In this document: positions 45,731-57,578 of the stretch, one piece after another
Position numbering within the stretch: position 1 is the stretch's first letter
How the letters are laid out: each line of letters begins with the position of its first letter
NCBI GenBank assembly: GCA_025558095.1
Contig: JAIVFI010000009.1
Span: 1-64,000, forward strand
Length of the DNA: 64,000 nt
Direction: 5' to 3'
Origin: Hyaloraphidium curvatum SAG 235-1
Taxonomy: Eukaryota; Fungi; Monoblepharomycota
The notes under the pieces: model-generated
The model's database searches: none
Told to the model about the DNA's origin: nothing
The model's input: the letters and a program-made list of their open reading frames with translations, nothing else
Translations under genes and position numbers: made by a program

Positions 45731-46138
45731 TCAGTTCTTTTTCGGGACCGGGCCCGCTCCCCCGGTGGTCCCCTGCCACCCTCCGCATCCCGTCCAGCCT
45801 GAAGCGAGCACCCTCACTAGCTCCACCGACCTCGCCGTCAGCTCCTTCTCGAGCTCCGCGGCCCTCGCTGGACCACTCGCCTCCGCCGCCTCCGCCCGTG
45901 ATCCCGCACCCACGGCGTCGGATTGCGCCCGCGCGGCGCGTTGCTCGGCATCCGTTGCGCGGGCTTCTGCGGAGCTGAGGCGGTCGAGCCGCTTGTCGGC
46001 CCAGCTTTCGGCGGCGGCCAGCCGGAGTTCGAGCTCGGCAACGCGTTCTCGGCAGCGGCGAACCACGTCTTCCACCGCGCAGCCGCCCGCCCACCCCCGC
46101 TCCGCCGCGCCCGCGCCGTCCAACTTGCCGTCCTCCAT
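45731..46138 (-). CDS. Coiled-coil protein homologous to the C-terminus of the ankyrin gene at 30428-31521
   Basis: RVAELELRLAAAESWADKRLDRL..LTARSVELVRVLA. Confidence 0.55.
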   Translation of the reverse strand: MEDGKLDGAGAAERGWAGGCAVEDVVRRCRERVAELELRLAAAESWADKRLDRLSSAEARATDAEQRAARAQSDAVGAGSRAEAAEASGPARAAELEKELTARSVELVRVLASGWTGCGGWQGTTGGAGPVPKKN

Positions 46139-46298
46139 CGTGCCTACGCCGCCGCCGATGTTTTGGTCCTGCCACGGACGAGAGAACTGTGACCGGCGCT
46201 TAGGCGCCTCCTCAATCCCTCACCGAATCGTGCCGAGTCAGACCGACCGCGTCCCCGAACCGCGGTTCCGACCGCCGGCTGGCCGGCGCGCCTCCGTA

Positions 46299-47617
46299 AT
46301 GTTCCGCGAGCGGGGGCCGGCGGCGTCCGGCGCGGCGGCGGCTCTGCTGGGGCTCCTCGCGGCGCTGTTTTCCGCCGCAGTGCGTGTGGGCCCGCCGCCG
46401 CCCCCCGTGGTGCGCCGGCCCGTGCCCCCCGACACGTCGCCGCGGGTCGCCACCGCTTCGCCCGACATTGTCGACATGCGCGGCCGCGTGGTGGTCCCGC
46501 TGCGGCACGGCGCCTGGGACCCCGAAAAGTGCGACCTCCCGCACACAAAGGTCGACGCGGGATGCCCGCGGTTCGTCGCACTGGAACTGATGCACGCCAT
46601 GGGATTGGGACACCTGGTAGCCGAAATCGCCGCGGGGATCGCCGCGGCCCACTTTTTCAACGCGACCTTTGCCATCGCGGCCAACCAGAAGTGGGGCTCG
46701 AATCACGGGGACTACTCGGACTGGTTCCCGGCCTTTTCGCGGATCTACCTCGGCGAAACCACGCTGGAGGAGGTCAGGGAGAAGTGCAAGCCGAAAGAAA
46801 TCCGCCCGAAGGTGTGGAGCGACATGCGCCTCCACTCCCGCGAGTGCAAAGCAATCTTCGTGCTCCCCAACCTGGGCGGGGACCTGTACGGCGGCCGCCC
46901 CGGGTACGTCACCTGGCAGACCCGTACGCGTCGGAGATCGCCGCCCCGGCCTTCCGGTGCAAGTTCCGCCGCACGCTCTGGAAGCCGTCCTACGAGCTCT
47001 TTTCGCGCGGGGACCCCTTCTTCAACGTCGTCACGCACGTGCGCGTGGGCGACATCAACACGCGGCACAACGACACGGACTACTTCCGCGGGTTCCACCG
47101 GGCGATGGAGGACGTCTTCTCGCGGCTTCCCGCCGACCTGAACTTCCCGCGGAGGTACATCTTCGTCTACGAGGGCTCGGTGCTCCCCCCCGCCCGCCGC
47201 CTCGCGCGCCGCCTGGACCTCGCATCTGCGCTCACCCCCGTTCCGGAACGCCTGCGCTTCCTCGCCGGCGCCGTCCCGGGCGCGCTCTTCCTCGCCGGGA
47301 TGGACCCCCCGCACGCGCTGTGGCACTTCCACCGCGCGGACGTGGTGCACACGACCGGGTCGTCGTTTCCCTACGTCGCGACGATCGCGGCGGAGGACGA
47401 TCGGCCGGTGGTTGTGGACGGGCCGCCGAAGGAGGCCAAGAATGGGGGGGGGATGTGGGGGCTTGCCAGGGCGGGGCATGCGAGGGTAGGGCCGGGGGGC
47501 GAGGTGGGGTATTTCGATAAAGCTATGCTGGAGGGGAAGATGCGGAGGTTGGGGGAAGAGAAGCGGCGGGCGGTGGGGGAGGGAAGTGCGACAGCGGGGA
47601 ACGAGGGTATCGGGTAA
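46299..47617 (+). CDS. Putative fucosyltransferase-like (GT-B fold) protein, apparent 1-nt frameshift at ~46921
   Basis: N-terminal TM, GLGHLVAE, VTHVRVGD, ADVVHTTGSSFPYVA. Confidence 0.6.
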
Positions 47618-47762
47618 TGCGGCGTGCTTCTCGAAGCGAACTTTGGGCCTGTTTGATATTCAGAGTGCACGACCTTGTCCGAAAGGAAACCTCGCCCTCA
47701 CCTAAACGTTTGAGAGGAGTGAGGGGCTTTCGCGCCGGGAGCGCCAGGTCACACCATTCGCC

Positions 47763-48987
47763 ATGGCCCCTCCTGCCTCGTGGGAGTCGGACTTTGACCG
47801 CTCCGCGTACGTTGAGGTCGTGTCGGTAGCCTCCGCCAGGCTTGCTGGCCTCGTGTCCCAAACCGCCGACCGCCTCGTCTCCCGGGACCCGTCGGAATGG
47901 CCGCGACTCTGGACCCGCGGCGACGTGCCTGAAGTCGATGTTCCACTCGATCTCTTCCTTCGGCGCGGTAAAGCGGCCACTGCGTACTTCGCCGTGCGGT
48001 TTTTCGGCGGGAAGCGGGTGCCCCCAGGTGCCGCGCCGCAGGCCGTGGTTGACGATGTCTGGCTCCAGATCTTCGCCAGATCATTCCACGTCTTGCGGCA
48101 GGCCGCCTTCAAGCTCGCCGCCGTGGCCGCTTTCAAGCTCGCCGCCGTGGCCGCTGCGGTTGGGTGGGAGGCGCGTTGGGAGAGCGGGACGGACGCCACC
48201 GTGGTCCCCGCAGCGACGGCGCCTTAGTACAGCGTTTACCGCACCTTCTTCGCCATGTCCGCCGAGTTCATGGTGTTCGACATCGGTCTGGCCATGGAGA
48301 GGTCGGAGCCGGCGGGCAGGAGGCTTGCCCGAGACGTCAACTTTGTGGACCTCGCGGCAGACCTTGCCGTGCTCATGCGGCCCGCGATCGATGCGGGCGG
48401 ATTCTACGCCAGCTCGCGAAGGGGATTGCAAGGGGTCGTCCGGGGTTACAGCTTCTACTGCTACGTGCTCCTCGGCATGGTCATCGGCGCGCCCGCAGTG
48501 TGGCCGGATCACTCCAAGGACCTGGCTTCGAAGGTCAGCGGACTTGCCCGCCCGGCCGAAGTCACTTTCTGACCCACGACATGCCCGGCAGGGACTCCGC
48601 TCTCCTGGCCACCACTTTGTCGCGTTCCTTTCGGATTATCTCGACTCGCTCACCCCCGCGGACCGCAGCGACCCGGACTGCCGGCGGCTGTTCTCCTTGC
48701 TTACGGACTTGCAGCTCCTCCTGTGCACCGACATGAAGGTCAAGAGCTGCCCCTGCTGCACCCAGAAGCACGATGGCGCCAACGCCGGCGATCGGTGCGA
48801 CAAGTGCGGCATGGCCGCCGGACCCGGGGTCAAGCTCAGGAGGTGCAAGAGGTGCGCCACGGCGCACTACTGCTCCCTCGAGTGCCAGAAGCAGGCATGG
48901 GCCGGCGGGCACAAGGTGGTGTGCGTCGAGGCAAGGGGGGCAGAGGTGGTCGGTGATGCGGGGGTCGGGCCTGGTTCGGCCGCGTGA
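47763..48987 (+). CDS. MYND zinc-finger protein (about 2 introns)
   Basis: CDKCG..LRRCKRCATAHYCSLECQKQAWAGGHKVVC. Confidence 0.8.
48108..48155 (+). repeat. Perfect 24-bp tandem duplication, in frame (FKLAAVAA x2)
   Basis: TTCAAGCTCGCCGCCGTGGCCGCT twice. Confidence 0.9.
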
Positions 48988-49207
48988 GGGCCGCAGTCAG
49001 CGGAGATTGCTCGATGCGAGGTGTCTTTGTATGTTTTGTCTTCATCCTGGTTGAGATGGTCTTGACTGCTTCGAAGGAGCGAACGCCTCCACAGCCAGCG
49101 CAGACGCGCCGCCACTCTACTGTCTCCCAAACACAACCGAGCTACTCGCTCTGCTTCGCACCCGCCGCAACTTTCCCGTCCCCACCCGCCGCTCGCCGCG
49201 CACCGCA

Positions 49208-49723
49208 ATGTCCGCCCCCACCCTCGCCGACCTCGCCCGCCGCGTCGCCCGCCTCGAGGACGCCGAGGCCATCAAGGCTCTCAAGGCGCGCTACTGCGCC
49301 GCCTGCGACCGCGGGTACGACGCCGACGCCATCGCCTCCATGTACGCCGAAGACGGAATCTGGGACGGCGGCCGCACGTTCGGGCGGAAGGTCGGCCGGG
49401 AGGCGATAAGGAAGCACTTCCAGGGCGCGGCGGGGAGGATCAGCATCGCGCGGCACCAGGTGATGAACCCCGACGTACGGGTGTCGGAGGACGGGAGCGA
49501 GGCCGAGGGGGAGTGGCTGCTTTTCCAGCCGTGCACGGACTCGGAGGCCGGTGCGGCGTGGTTGGCGGCGACGTATCATGACCGCTACGTCAAGGTGGCC
49601 GGGAAGTGGCTGTTCAAGGAGACGGTGATCGACGTGGCGTTTTATACGCCGTACAAGGAGGGATGGGGGGAGAAGAGGTTCATCCCGGGGAGGGAGCCTG
49701 AGGGGTTCGTGGGGAAGATGTGA
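49208..49723 (+). CDS. SnoaL-like/NTF2-fold protein (LinA/BaiE/scytalone dehydratase-like)
   Basis: LEDAEAIKALKARYCAACD, GREAI, HQVMNP, YHDRYVKVAGKWLF, YKEGW; intronless. Confidence 0.88.
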   Translation: MSAPTLADLARRVARLEDAEAIKALKARYCAACDRGYDADAIASMYAEDGIWDGGRTFGRKVGREAIRKHFQGAAGRISIARHQVMNPDVRVSEDGSEAEGEWLLFQPCTDSEAGAAWLAATYHDRYVKVAGKWLFKETVIDVAFYTPYKEGWGEKRFIPGREPEGFVGKM

Positions 49724-50193
49724 GGCTGGGAGGGTGCCGGAGGTGTCGGTTCGCCGGGAAACTGGGAGGTGGGGCCGTCGCGAGGCTGCCAAAGCGGCCG
49801 GCATTGTACGTTTTCAAGCTCTGAAACCTTGGATGATGTGCTTGGAGGTCTTAAGATAGCTGATGGGCTGTACGTGAGACGGGGTTGGACAAGCTCGTGA
49901 TAGCCTGAGGCGAAGAGGTCCGGGGAGCCATTCTGAGCAGCGAACCCCGATTGGACCCCAGGATGAGGAAACTCAAGAGCCTGTATTGCTGCAGAATTCC
50001 GTCCGGCTTCATTCGTCCTGGTTGGATGGCGCGGAGAGCGGGGTCCGTGTTGCCGACCGTTTTCACGTGCACGCCGATACAAGAGCCTGCGCGCGTCCCT
50101 CCCAACCTCCGCCTCGTTTGTTTCCCTCGGCCCCGCTCGCCTCGCCCGCCTCTCCTCCCGCCGCCGCACTTTCTCCTGCGTGCCTCCGTCGCC

Positions 50194-52296
50194 ATGGCCG
50201 AGCTCGTCGTCGCCGCCGAGGGAATGAAGAAGGTGCGGTCCGCCGGCCGCCGCCCTGACCGCGCTGACTCCGTGCCTCCCCCGCGCCCGGCCCGGCCCGC
50301 CCCGCCTCCGCCGCCCCTCGCTACTTCCGCACGGCGCGCCCTCGCCGCGCTCCGCCGCCTCCGCGCAAACAGGTCCTCAAGGAGTTCTCGCGCCAGGAGG
50401 TCGCCCAGCACAACAAGCCCGACGACTGCTGGATCATCGTCGACTCGCTCGTCTACAACGTCTCGACCTTTGCCGACCTGCACCCCGGCGGTACGTTGCT
50501 CCCCCGGGGTCTCGGGCCCCCCCGGCCCCCTTTGGTCAGGTGCCTGACAGGCGATCCCCGTTCCAGGCGCCGGCGTGATCCACGACGTCGCGGGCAAGGA
50601 CGCCACGGACGTCTTCTACCAGCTGCACAGGCACTCGGTGCTGCAGAAGTTCGGCCCCAGGCTGCTCGTCGGCACCGTCTTCAACGAGAAGCCCAAGGTT
50701 GTCGGCGAGGGCGACTTCTCCACGGTGCCCTACGCCGAGCCCTCGTCGATCCGCCCCGGGTGGAAGGAGTCGCCCTACTACAAGGAGTCGCACAAGGCGC
50801 TGCGCCTCTTCACCCGCAAGTTCGTCAACGAGTTCGTCCGGGCTGAGGCCATCGAGCACGAGGACCTGACCAACGAGCGGCCCTCGCCCGAGCTGTGGAA
50901 GCGCATGGCCGACGCCGGCCTGCTGGCTTGCCGTCTCGGGCCCGGGAAGCACCTGAGCCTGGGCATGAAGCTGCCCGACTGCGTTAAGCCCTCGGAGTTT
51001 GACTACTTGTGGGTCCCGCCTTGACACGTGCTTTTCGATCGACGTCTGATCCCGCCCCCCCGCCGCGCCCCGCAGCCACGAGATGGTGGTCAACGAGGAG
51101 CTCTCGACCCTCGCCTCGCGCGGCTACTCGGACGGCCTCGGCGGCGGCTTCGTCATCGGCCTGCCGACGGTGCTCAACTTTGGCCAGCCCGAGCTGCAGA
51201 AGCGCATCGTGCCGGGCATCATGAAGGGGGACAAGTTCATCTGCCTGGCCATCTCCGAGGCCTTTGCCGGGTCGGACGTCCAGGGGCTGCAGACCCGCGC
51301 CGTGCTGTCCGAGTGCGGCAAGTTCTACATCGTCAACGGCACCAAGAAGTGGTGGGTGCCCCGCCGCCATGATCCTTCCTTCCCTTCTTGAAATCTCACC
51401 CCCCACTCCTCCCAGGATCACCAACGGCACCTTCTCGGACTACTTCGCCACGGCCTGCCGCACCGACAAGGGCCTGACCATGCTCCTCATCGAGCGCTCC
51501 TTCGGCGGTGTGGAGACCAAGCCCATCAAGACCTCGTACTCGATCGCCGCCGGCACGGCCTACGTGACGTTCGAGAACGTCAAGGTGCCCGTGGGCAACG
51601 TGCTGGGCAAGGTGAACGACGGGCTCAAGGTCGTCCTGTCCAACTTCAACCAGTGGGTGGCTCCCTGGGCAGGGAGAAGGGACCATGCTGACGGCTGTTC
51701 GGTTTCCAGCGAGCGTTGGGGCATGTGCGTCGGCTCCAACCGCGGCGCCCGGCTCGTGCTCGAGGAGTGCATCAAGTGGGCCATGCAGCGCAAGGTGTTC
51801 GGCAAGCCCCTGATGGAGCAGCCCGTGGGTTCACCTTTGGTCCGCGTCCCGAGTGGACGTCGACTGACCCCGCCTTGGCGGCATCCAGGTGATCCGCCAG
51901 AAGATCGGCGCCATGGCCGCCAAGATCGAGGCCGACCACGCGCTGATCGAGAAGATCACGGACCAGATGAACAAGATGACGTACATGGAGATGTCGGAGC
52001 ACCTCGCCGGCCCCATCGCGCTGCTCAAGTACGAGATCACCCGCACGGCGGGCTTCGTCGCCGACGAGGCGGTGCAGGTGTTTGGCGGGCGCGCGCTGAC
52101 CAAGACCGGCATGGGGCGGACGATCGAGATGTGGAACCGGACCTACAAGTTCGACGCCATCTTGGGCGGGTCCGAGGAGATCCTGGTGCGTTGCCCCCGT
52201 TGGTTCTGCGGTCGTTCGTGTGCTGATCCGCGTGCTTTGCAGTGCGACCTCGCCGTGCGCCAGGCGATGAAGAAGATGCCCAACGCCCGCCTCTAA
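50194..52296 (+). CDS. Cytochrome b5-fused acyl-CoA dehydrogenase, peroxisomal (ends ARL); about 7 introns
   Basis: EVAQHNKPDDCWII..HPGG, PYAEP, CLAISEAFAGSDV, NGTKKWITNG, VQVFGGR, ILGGSEEI. Confidence 0.93.
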
Positions 52297-52405
52297 GCTT
52301 TCCCACGCGCCGTCCGGCGACTAGATTAAGCCCCGCGCTATGTACAGATCTGCTACTTCTTGTAGAGGGCTAATTTTTCTCCCTTCTCCACACGTTCCCC
52401 GCCGG

Positions 52406-53269
52406 TCATGCCGCCGCCGTCAGGATCCGGTCCAGCGCGTCGACCACGGCCTGCCGGTGTGCCTTGCTCCCGTGGATGTTGTGCCCGGCGCCCTTGACCT
52501 CGACGACCTCCACTTTCGGGGCCAGCGGGGCGAACCGTTCGACGTGCGAGGGGAAGAATGCCGCGCCGAGGTCGCCCTGGGCCCTGAGGAGGACGCCTCC
52601 CACCGAGGAGGAAGGGAGCGCACCGTGGTCCGCCATCTTGCCCTCGATGCTCTGGGTCCACAGCAACGGGTCCATAGCTGCCCGCGAGTGCCCCGTTGCC
52701 GCGAGGTCCGCGGCGGTGAGGATGTCCCCCATCTTGACCGTCGATCCCGGTGCGACGGGCATGGCGGCGATCTCGGCGGTGATCTCCGCCGGCGCGGCCT
52801 TGGCGGCCTGCATCCTGACCGTGTCCTCGCGGAGCTTTTCGAACATGGCCTTGTACCCCGATCCGGCAAAGTCCTCGGCGAGCCAGAAGGGCGGGTCTTC
52901 CAGGAGCACCTGCGTCACGGCATCCGGCCTGAGGCACGCGGCCAGGTAGGCGGTGACGGCACCCAACGAGTGCCCTGCGACGACGGCCCTCCCACCCAAG
53001 TGGTCGAGCAGCGCGGCGGCGTCGGCGGCGAAACGGGCCGTCGTGTACTTCTCCGGTGCGCGGCCCGACTTTCCGTGGCCCCGCATGTCGAAGAGCACGC
53101 AGCGGAAACCCTTTTCGGCCAGCGGGGCGGCGACGTCGAGCCACGAGTGGCGGGAACCGCTGAGGCCGTGGAGGAACACGACGAGCGGGCCGTCGGCGGG
53201 GCCGAGGACGGCGTAGTGCAGGGTCAGGCCGTCGTGGACGAAGGATTCTGTGGATTCGAGCGCGTCCAT
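52406..53269 (-). CDS. Alpha/beta hydrolase
   Basis: VFLHGL, DMRGHGKS, GHSLG, LEDPP, GAGHNIH; intronless. Confidence 0.92.
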   Translation of the reverse strand: MDALESTESFVHDGLTLHYAVLGPADGPLVVFLHGLSGSRHSWLDVAAPLAEKGFRCVLFDMRGHGKSGRAPEKYTTARFAADAAALLDHLGGRAVVAGHSLGAVTAYLAACLRPDAVTQVLLEDPPFWLAEDFAGSGYKAMFEKLREDTVRMQAAKAAPAEITAEIAAMPVAPGSTVKMGDILTAADLAATGHSRAAMDPLLWTQSIEGKMADHGALPSSSVGGVLLRAQGDLGAAFFPSHVERFAPLAPKVEVVEVKGAGHNIHGSKAHRQAVVDALDRILTAAA

Positions 53270-53438
53270 CGTGGATGCGAGTGCGATGCGGTGGCGGATG
53301 CGCTTGGGGGACGGCCGGGATTCGGGCGGAGTGGAGCCAGGAACCAGCGGGGTGGCGGACGGTGAAGGCCAGGATCAACAGATTTGAATGCTCACACATG
53401 CAGAGCTACTGTAGTTCAAGAAGCTCCCTCCTCTCCAA

Positions 53439-54481
53439 TCACTCCTTGACGTCGGTGCGGTAGACCTTGCTTACAATCCTCCACCCCTCGTCGGCCTTGA
53501 TCATCGTGAGGAAGTCCGTGAAGTACCTCGGCTGCAGCTGGCACTTGACTTTGGCGAAGGCCGTGTCGGGGGCGATCTGGGTGATGCTCAGGACGCGGTC
53601 GGCGCGCTTGACGCCCATCTCGGCGGGTTTGGGGCGCGAGTTGATGGCCTTGAACCTATTCAAGCACCGCGGTTAGCAAACGACATGGGGATGAAGGCGA
53701 TGTGCATACCAGTCATCGCGGGCGAGGTTGGTCACATTGCCCTCGGCGTCCAGCGAGCGGAGGTAGCTGCAAGGATGGAACACCTGGCCGAGCTTCTCCG
53801 TCGACGCCTCCCACAGCCCGTCAAAGTAGTTCTTGAGCAACTTAGAGATCTCGGCAAGGTCCTCGGAGCCCGTGTCCGGCACCTATGGCAGAATCACAGT
53901 GGATTAATGAAGGCCGGAAGGCCGTACTGGGCCAGCTACACACCACGTCGGGGTCGGCGGACTTGGCGGTGTGGAAAGTCTTGGAGACCACCTGCCACCC
54001 CTTGTTGGTCTTGAGGAGGATCAGAATGTCGGTCCAGAAGTTCGGCTCGACCGGGCAGCGCACGGTGACCGCGCAGGTCTCGGGGCCGGAAAAGTCGACG
54101 TTCAGCACGGCATCTGCGGCCAAATGTCACCCATCGTCCGGCCGCCCGCCATCGGTAGGCACCCACCGTGCCTCGGCACGCCGAGCTCCGTCGCCGGCGG
54201 GTTCTCCTTGAGGTACTTCTTGAACCCGTCGTGGGACAGCACCCAGACCTTGTTCTTGGCCTCGTCGCGCCCGTACAGCTCGGCAACGGGGTGGAACGAC
54301 TTGTCGACGTTTTCGGGGAGGTGCAGGAAGTTGGCGTCGAAGTCTGCACGCGGCGCAGGTGGAGGGTCAGAGGGGAAGGGAGACGAGTGCGGGAGACGGT
54401 ACAGGTCTGCACGACGTCGAGGATCTCGAGGAGCGACGCGCGGTTCTCGTCCGAGACGGCGTGGTGGCCGTTGCCGTTCAT
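53439..54481 (-). CDS. Tandem NTF2-like (putative lumazine-binding) two-domain protein, multi-exon
   Basis: Two repeats: YFD..VFHP..FTDFLTMIK..GWRIVSKVY and FWTDILILLK..GWQVVSKTF. Confidence 0.8.
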
Positions 54482-54720
54482 CGTGGCGGAGGAAGGAAGG
54501 GGCGGCGGTGCTTTATCGGGCGGAGAGGCGATTGGACAACGGGGGCGCAAGGATCCGCGGCGCTGCGCGTTAGATCGGCCGATCAGTTCGCCACGCGCGA
54601 AATCGGGGCTTTCCCTTTCTTCTGCTCCGTTCCACGACGAAGAATACAAATGAACTGTTAACCAGGGCCAGCATCGCGGGGAGGAGCGCCAAGGCGCATG
54701 TCTTCCACGGGATTGGGGAA

Positions 54721-56789
54721 CTACATAGCCAGGGCGAGCATCGCGGGCACGAGCGCCAACGCGACCGTCCGCCACGGGATCGCAGGTCCGATGGCACTGC
54801 TCGGCCTCGTCGTCGTGGTCGCAATCGGCGTGGTCACATTGGCTTGCCGGTCCGCGATCTCGATGAGAGTCCGGATGCCTTCGTCGCGCCAATCTGCAGC
54901 CAGCAAGTCAGAAAGCAGGCCAGCTCCGCGCAACATTCCGACACCCACTCGGAAGCTTGGTCTCGGGCATCACATCCACCGCCCCGTTGGTCCGGAAATA
55001 CGCCACCTCCCTCGCCGACGCGTTGTACCTCGGCCACGGCTCCAGCCCCTGCGCGAACCTTGCCCACGCGCCCGCCATTGCCGCCGCCGTCGCCTTCTCC
55101 GCCGGCGACATGAGGTCCGCGATGTACCACACGAACGGGATGTCGGCGCCGTGGAAAATGCCGAGGTCCTGGGTGACACCCTGCTGGTAGAGCTGCCTGA
55201 GGAGCGCGGCGACGGTGCCGAGCCGGTACTTGTAGCTGGGCACCCCAGTGCCGGCGACTTCCTGGGCGAACACCACGCCCGGCGCGAACCAGTACGCGTC
55301 CGAGATGAGCGCCGTGGAGGAGAGGTAGGCGGAGGAGAAGTTGCGATAGAGGGGGAGCAGCTTGGCCGCGGTCTCGGCGGCCCAGGTCGCGTTGATGGTG
55401 GCCTCGGCAGCCTCGGTGGTGAACTGGCGCAGGCCGACGGCGTAGATGGAACCTTCGTCGTCGTTGTCACCGAGGAGTAGACCGTCCAGTTTCGGGAAGC
55501 CGCCCTGCCAAAAGACTTAGCTCAACCGCCAAGAATGAGGGTGAAGGAACGCACCTGCCGAAGCATCTTCCGCGGGTCATCGCGCACCGTCTTGCCGTCG
55601 ATCGTCGGGTAGCCCCACGGCGACGTCGGTCCGTAGTTCATCCTATCGACGACCTCGAGTATCCGCTCCATGCTGACGTTGCGCATGGCGGAGATCTGTT
55701 CGGATGGGGCAAGGTTCGAGGTGTTAACTGGCAGAAAAGTCTTCGGTCAAGATCAAGCACTCCGAGCGAAAAAAAAAACACCCACAGTTGGAGGTAAAGT
55801 TCTTCCAATGGGCCTCGGCCTCCGCCATCGTCAGCGCGTACATCGTCTCCGGCGTCCCGCTCTGCATGATTGCCCGCGAGAACAGAGTCGTGTCCTTGCG
55901 GTTCAGGATGTGATACCCAATCGATACGGCCCCCGCCGACTCGCCAAACACCGTCACGCGGCGCGGGTCCCCATTGAACGCCGCGACATTGTCCTGCAGC
56001 CAGCGCAGAGCAGCAATCTGGTCCTGCATGCCGAAGTTGACGCCCGCGGGCGACTGGGCGAGGATCGCGTCGCCGCCGAGGAAGCCAAAGGCGTTCAGGC
56101 GGTAGTTCACCCCCACGACGACCACGTCCCATACATCCGCCACTCTGGAACCGTCGTAGAACCAGAAGTTGGCCGAGCCCGACATGAGGTGCCCTCCGTG
56201 GAGCCAGACCAGGACGGGGCATCCCGACGCGGGACACCGCGCCTTGTCCGGGGAGTAGACGTTCAGGTAGAGGCAGTCCTCCGAGACCGACGCGCACGGG
56301 CTGGTCTCCCCGCCCGAGTTCTGCGCGCAGCAGGGCCCGAAGGCGGTGGCGTTGCGGGCGCCCTCCCAGGGGGCCGGCGGGTACACTGGCGACGTCCAGC
56401 GCTGCGGAGGTTGGGCGTAGGGGATATTGAGGAAGCTAGTGGTGAGGAATGTTTCCAAAATAGTTCCCGAGGTGTTTATGTCCGAGTTAGGCGCGAACCG
56501 CGGCCACATGACGAAGACGCGGCGCGCGGCGGACGGCAACGGGTCAAGCAGGTACGAGACGGGGCACCAGAGAGGCCCACCTCCGGGTCGTGTTCTTCCG
56601 CACGCCAACCACATCGCCCTGCTGCGTCCGCACGGTCGTCGGGTCGCCCTGCCGCGGCTCGAGCACGGCGCGGGCTGCGAGGCGGTGCGCGCGCGGAGGC
56701 TCGCGGGGGAGCGGCAGGCGGGCCACCGCGTCCGCGGTCGAGAGCAGCGCCGCAAGAAAGACGGCGAGGAGGGCTAAAAGGCGCCTCAT
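54721..56789 (-). CDS. Secreted type-B carboxylesterase with a hydrophobic (GPI-like) C-terminus, multi-exon
   Basis: Signal peptide, FLNIPYAQPP, SEDCLYLNV, WLHGG, NYRL, VFGESAGA, FHGADIPF; last exon ends VALALVPAMLALAM*. Confidence 0.9.
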
Positions 56790-57578
56790 CGTAGACCACG
56801 GCCTCGAGAGGGGGATGCCGGTGTTCTCTGGAAGACGTGTGAGGCTGAGCATCCGATTTCCCGTCCCGCCTTCCCGTTGCCGATCGATTCACCGCCCAGG
56901 ATGTCCGGGGATTCGATGAACTGGTGATGCTGTTGCATAATGATGCTGGATCAACCACTAAGGTGACTTGTTGATGGTGCCTGGCGATGCGGTTGAGCTC
57001 GGCCGGCGCATGTACGCCGGAACCAGCAACCGGCTAGTAGCAGAAACAGCCTCTTCCGAAGGGAGGTCATCTTTCACGGTATGAAACTGAACTCCTAATG
57101 AAGCTTAGATTGTGCTTTGCGGTGGTGGTGTTGCTCTATCCAGAGTCTCGATATGCAAAGTAGGTAATTGTGTTGGGAAATGCCGCTGCGCCGGTGGCTG
57201 TCGAAAGTACTGGTCTCGAGGCCACTAGTCGAACTTGAAATATTCATCCAAGCCGGATCGATCGATCTGCGGAAGGAAGGGGGCTTTTTCGGCCCCGTGA
57301 ACGGCCCGGCCGGATGTCGGCATCCCGAATCCGCTAATCTGGTGCCGGCGGCACGGCGCAACACGGCCCAAGCTTTTCAGCCTCCTGACCGTCCAGACAC
57401 TGGCAGATAAGGCGGCCCAGCTTCCACTCTCAAGGCAGGAAGGGACCTGGAGACGATTGCCTCCGTCACGTCAACGTGGTCGGAAGGGCCCGGCCACCAG
57501 CCCGATCCTCGAAGCTTCTTCGTCGGCCCGTCGGTATCTCGTGACGCCATCGCCCCGACGACCCCTGGCAAAACAGTC

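Noticed and set aside
46903-46918. Possible 16-nt micro-intron GTACGT..CAG
   Set aside because: Splicing it does not restore the downstream frame, whereas one extra C does
48225-48227. Second in-frame TAG in a MYND gene
   Set aside because: Explained as the acceptor of a frame-preserving GTTGGG..TAG intron (~48159-48227); a similar GTTGG donor occurs in the TrxB-like gene
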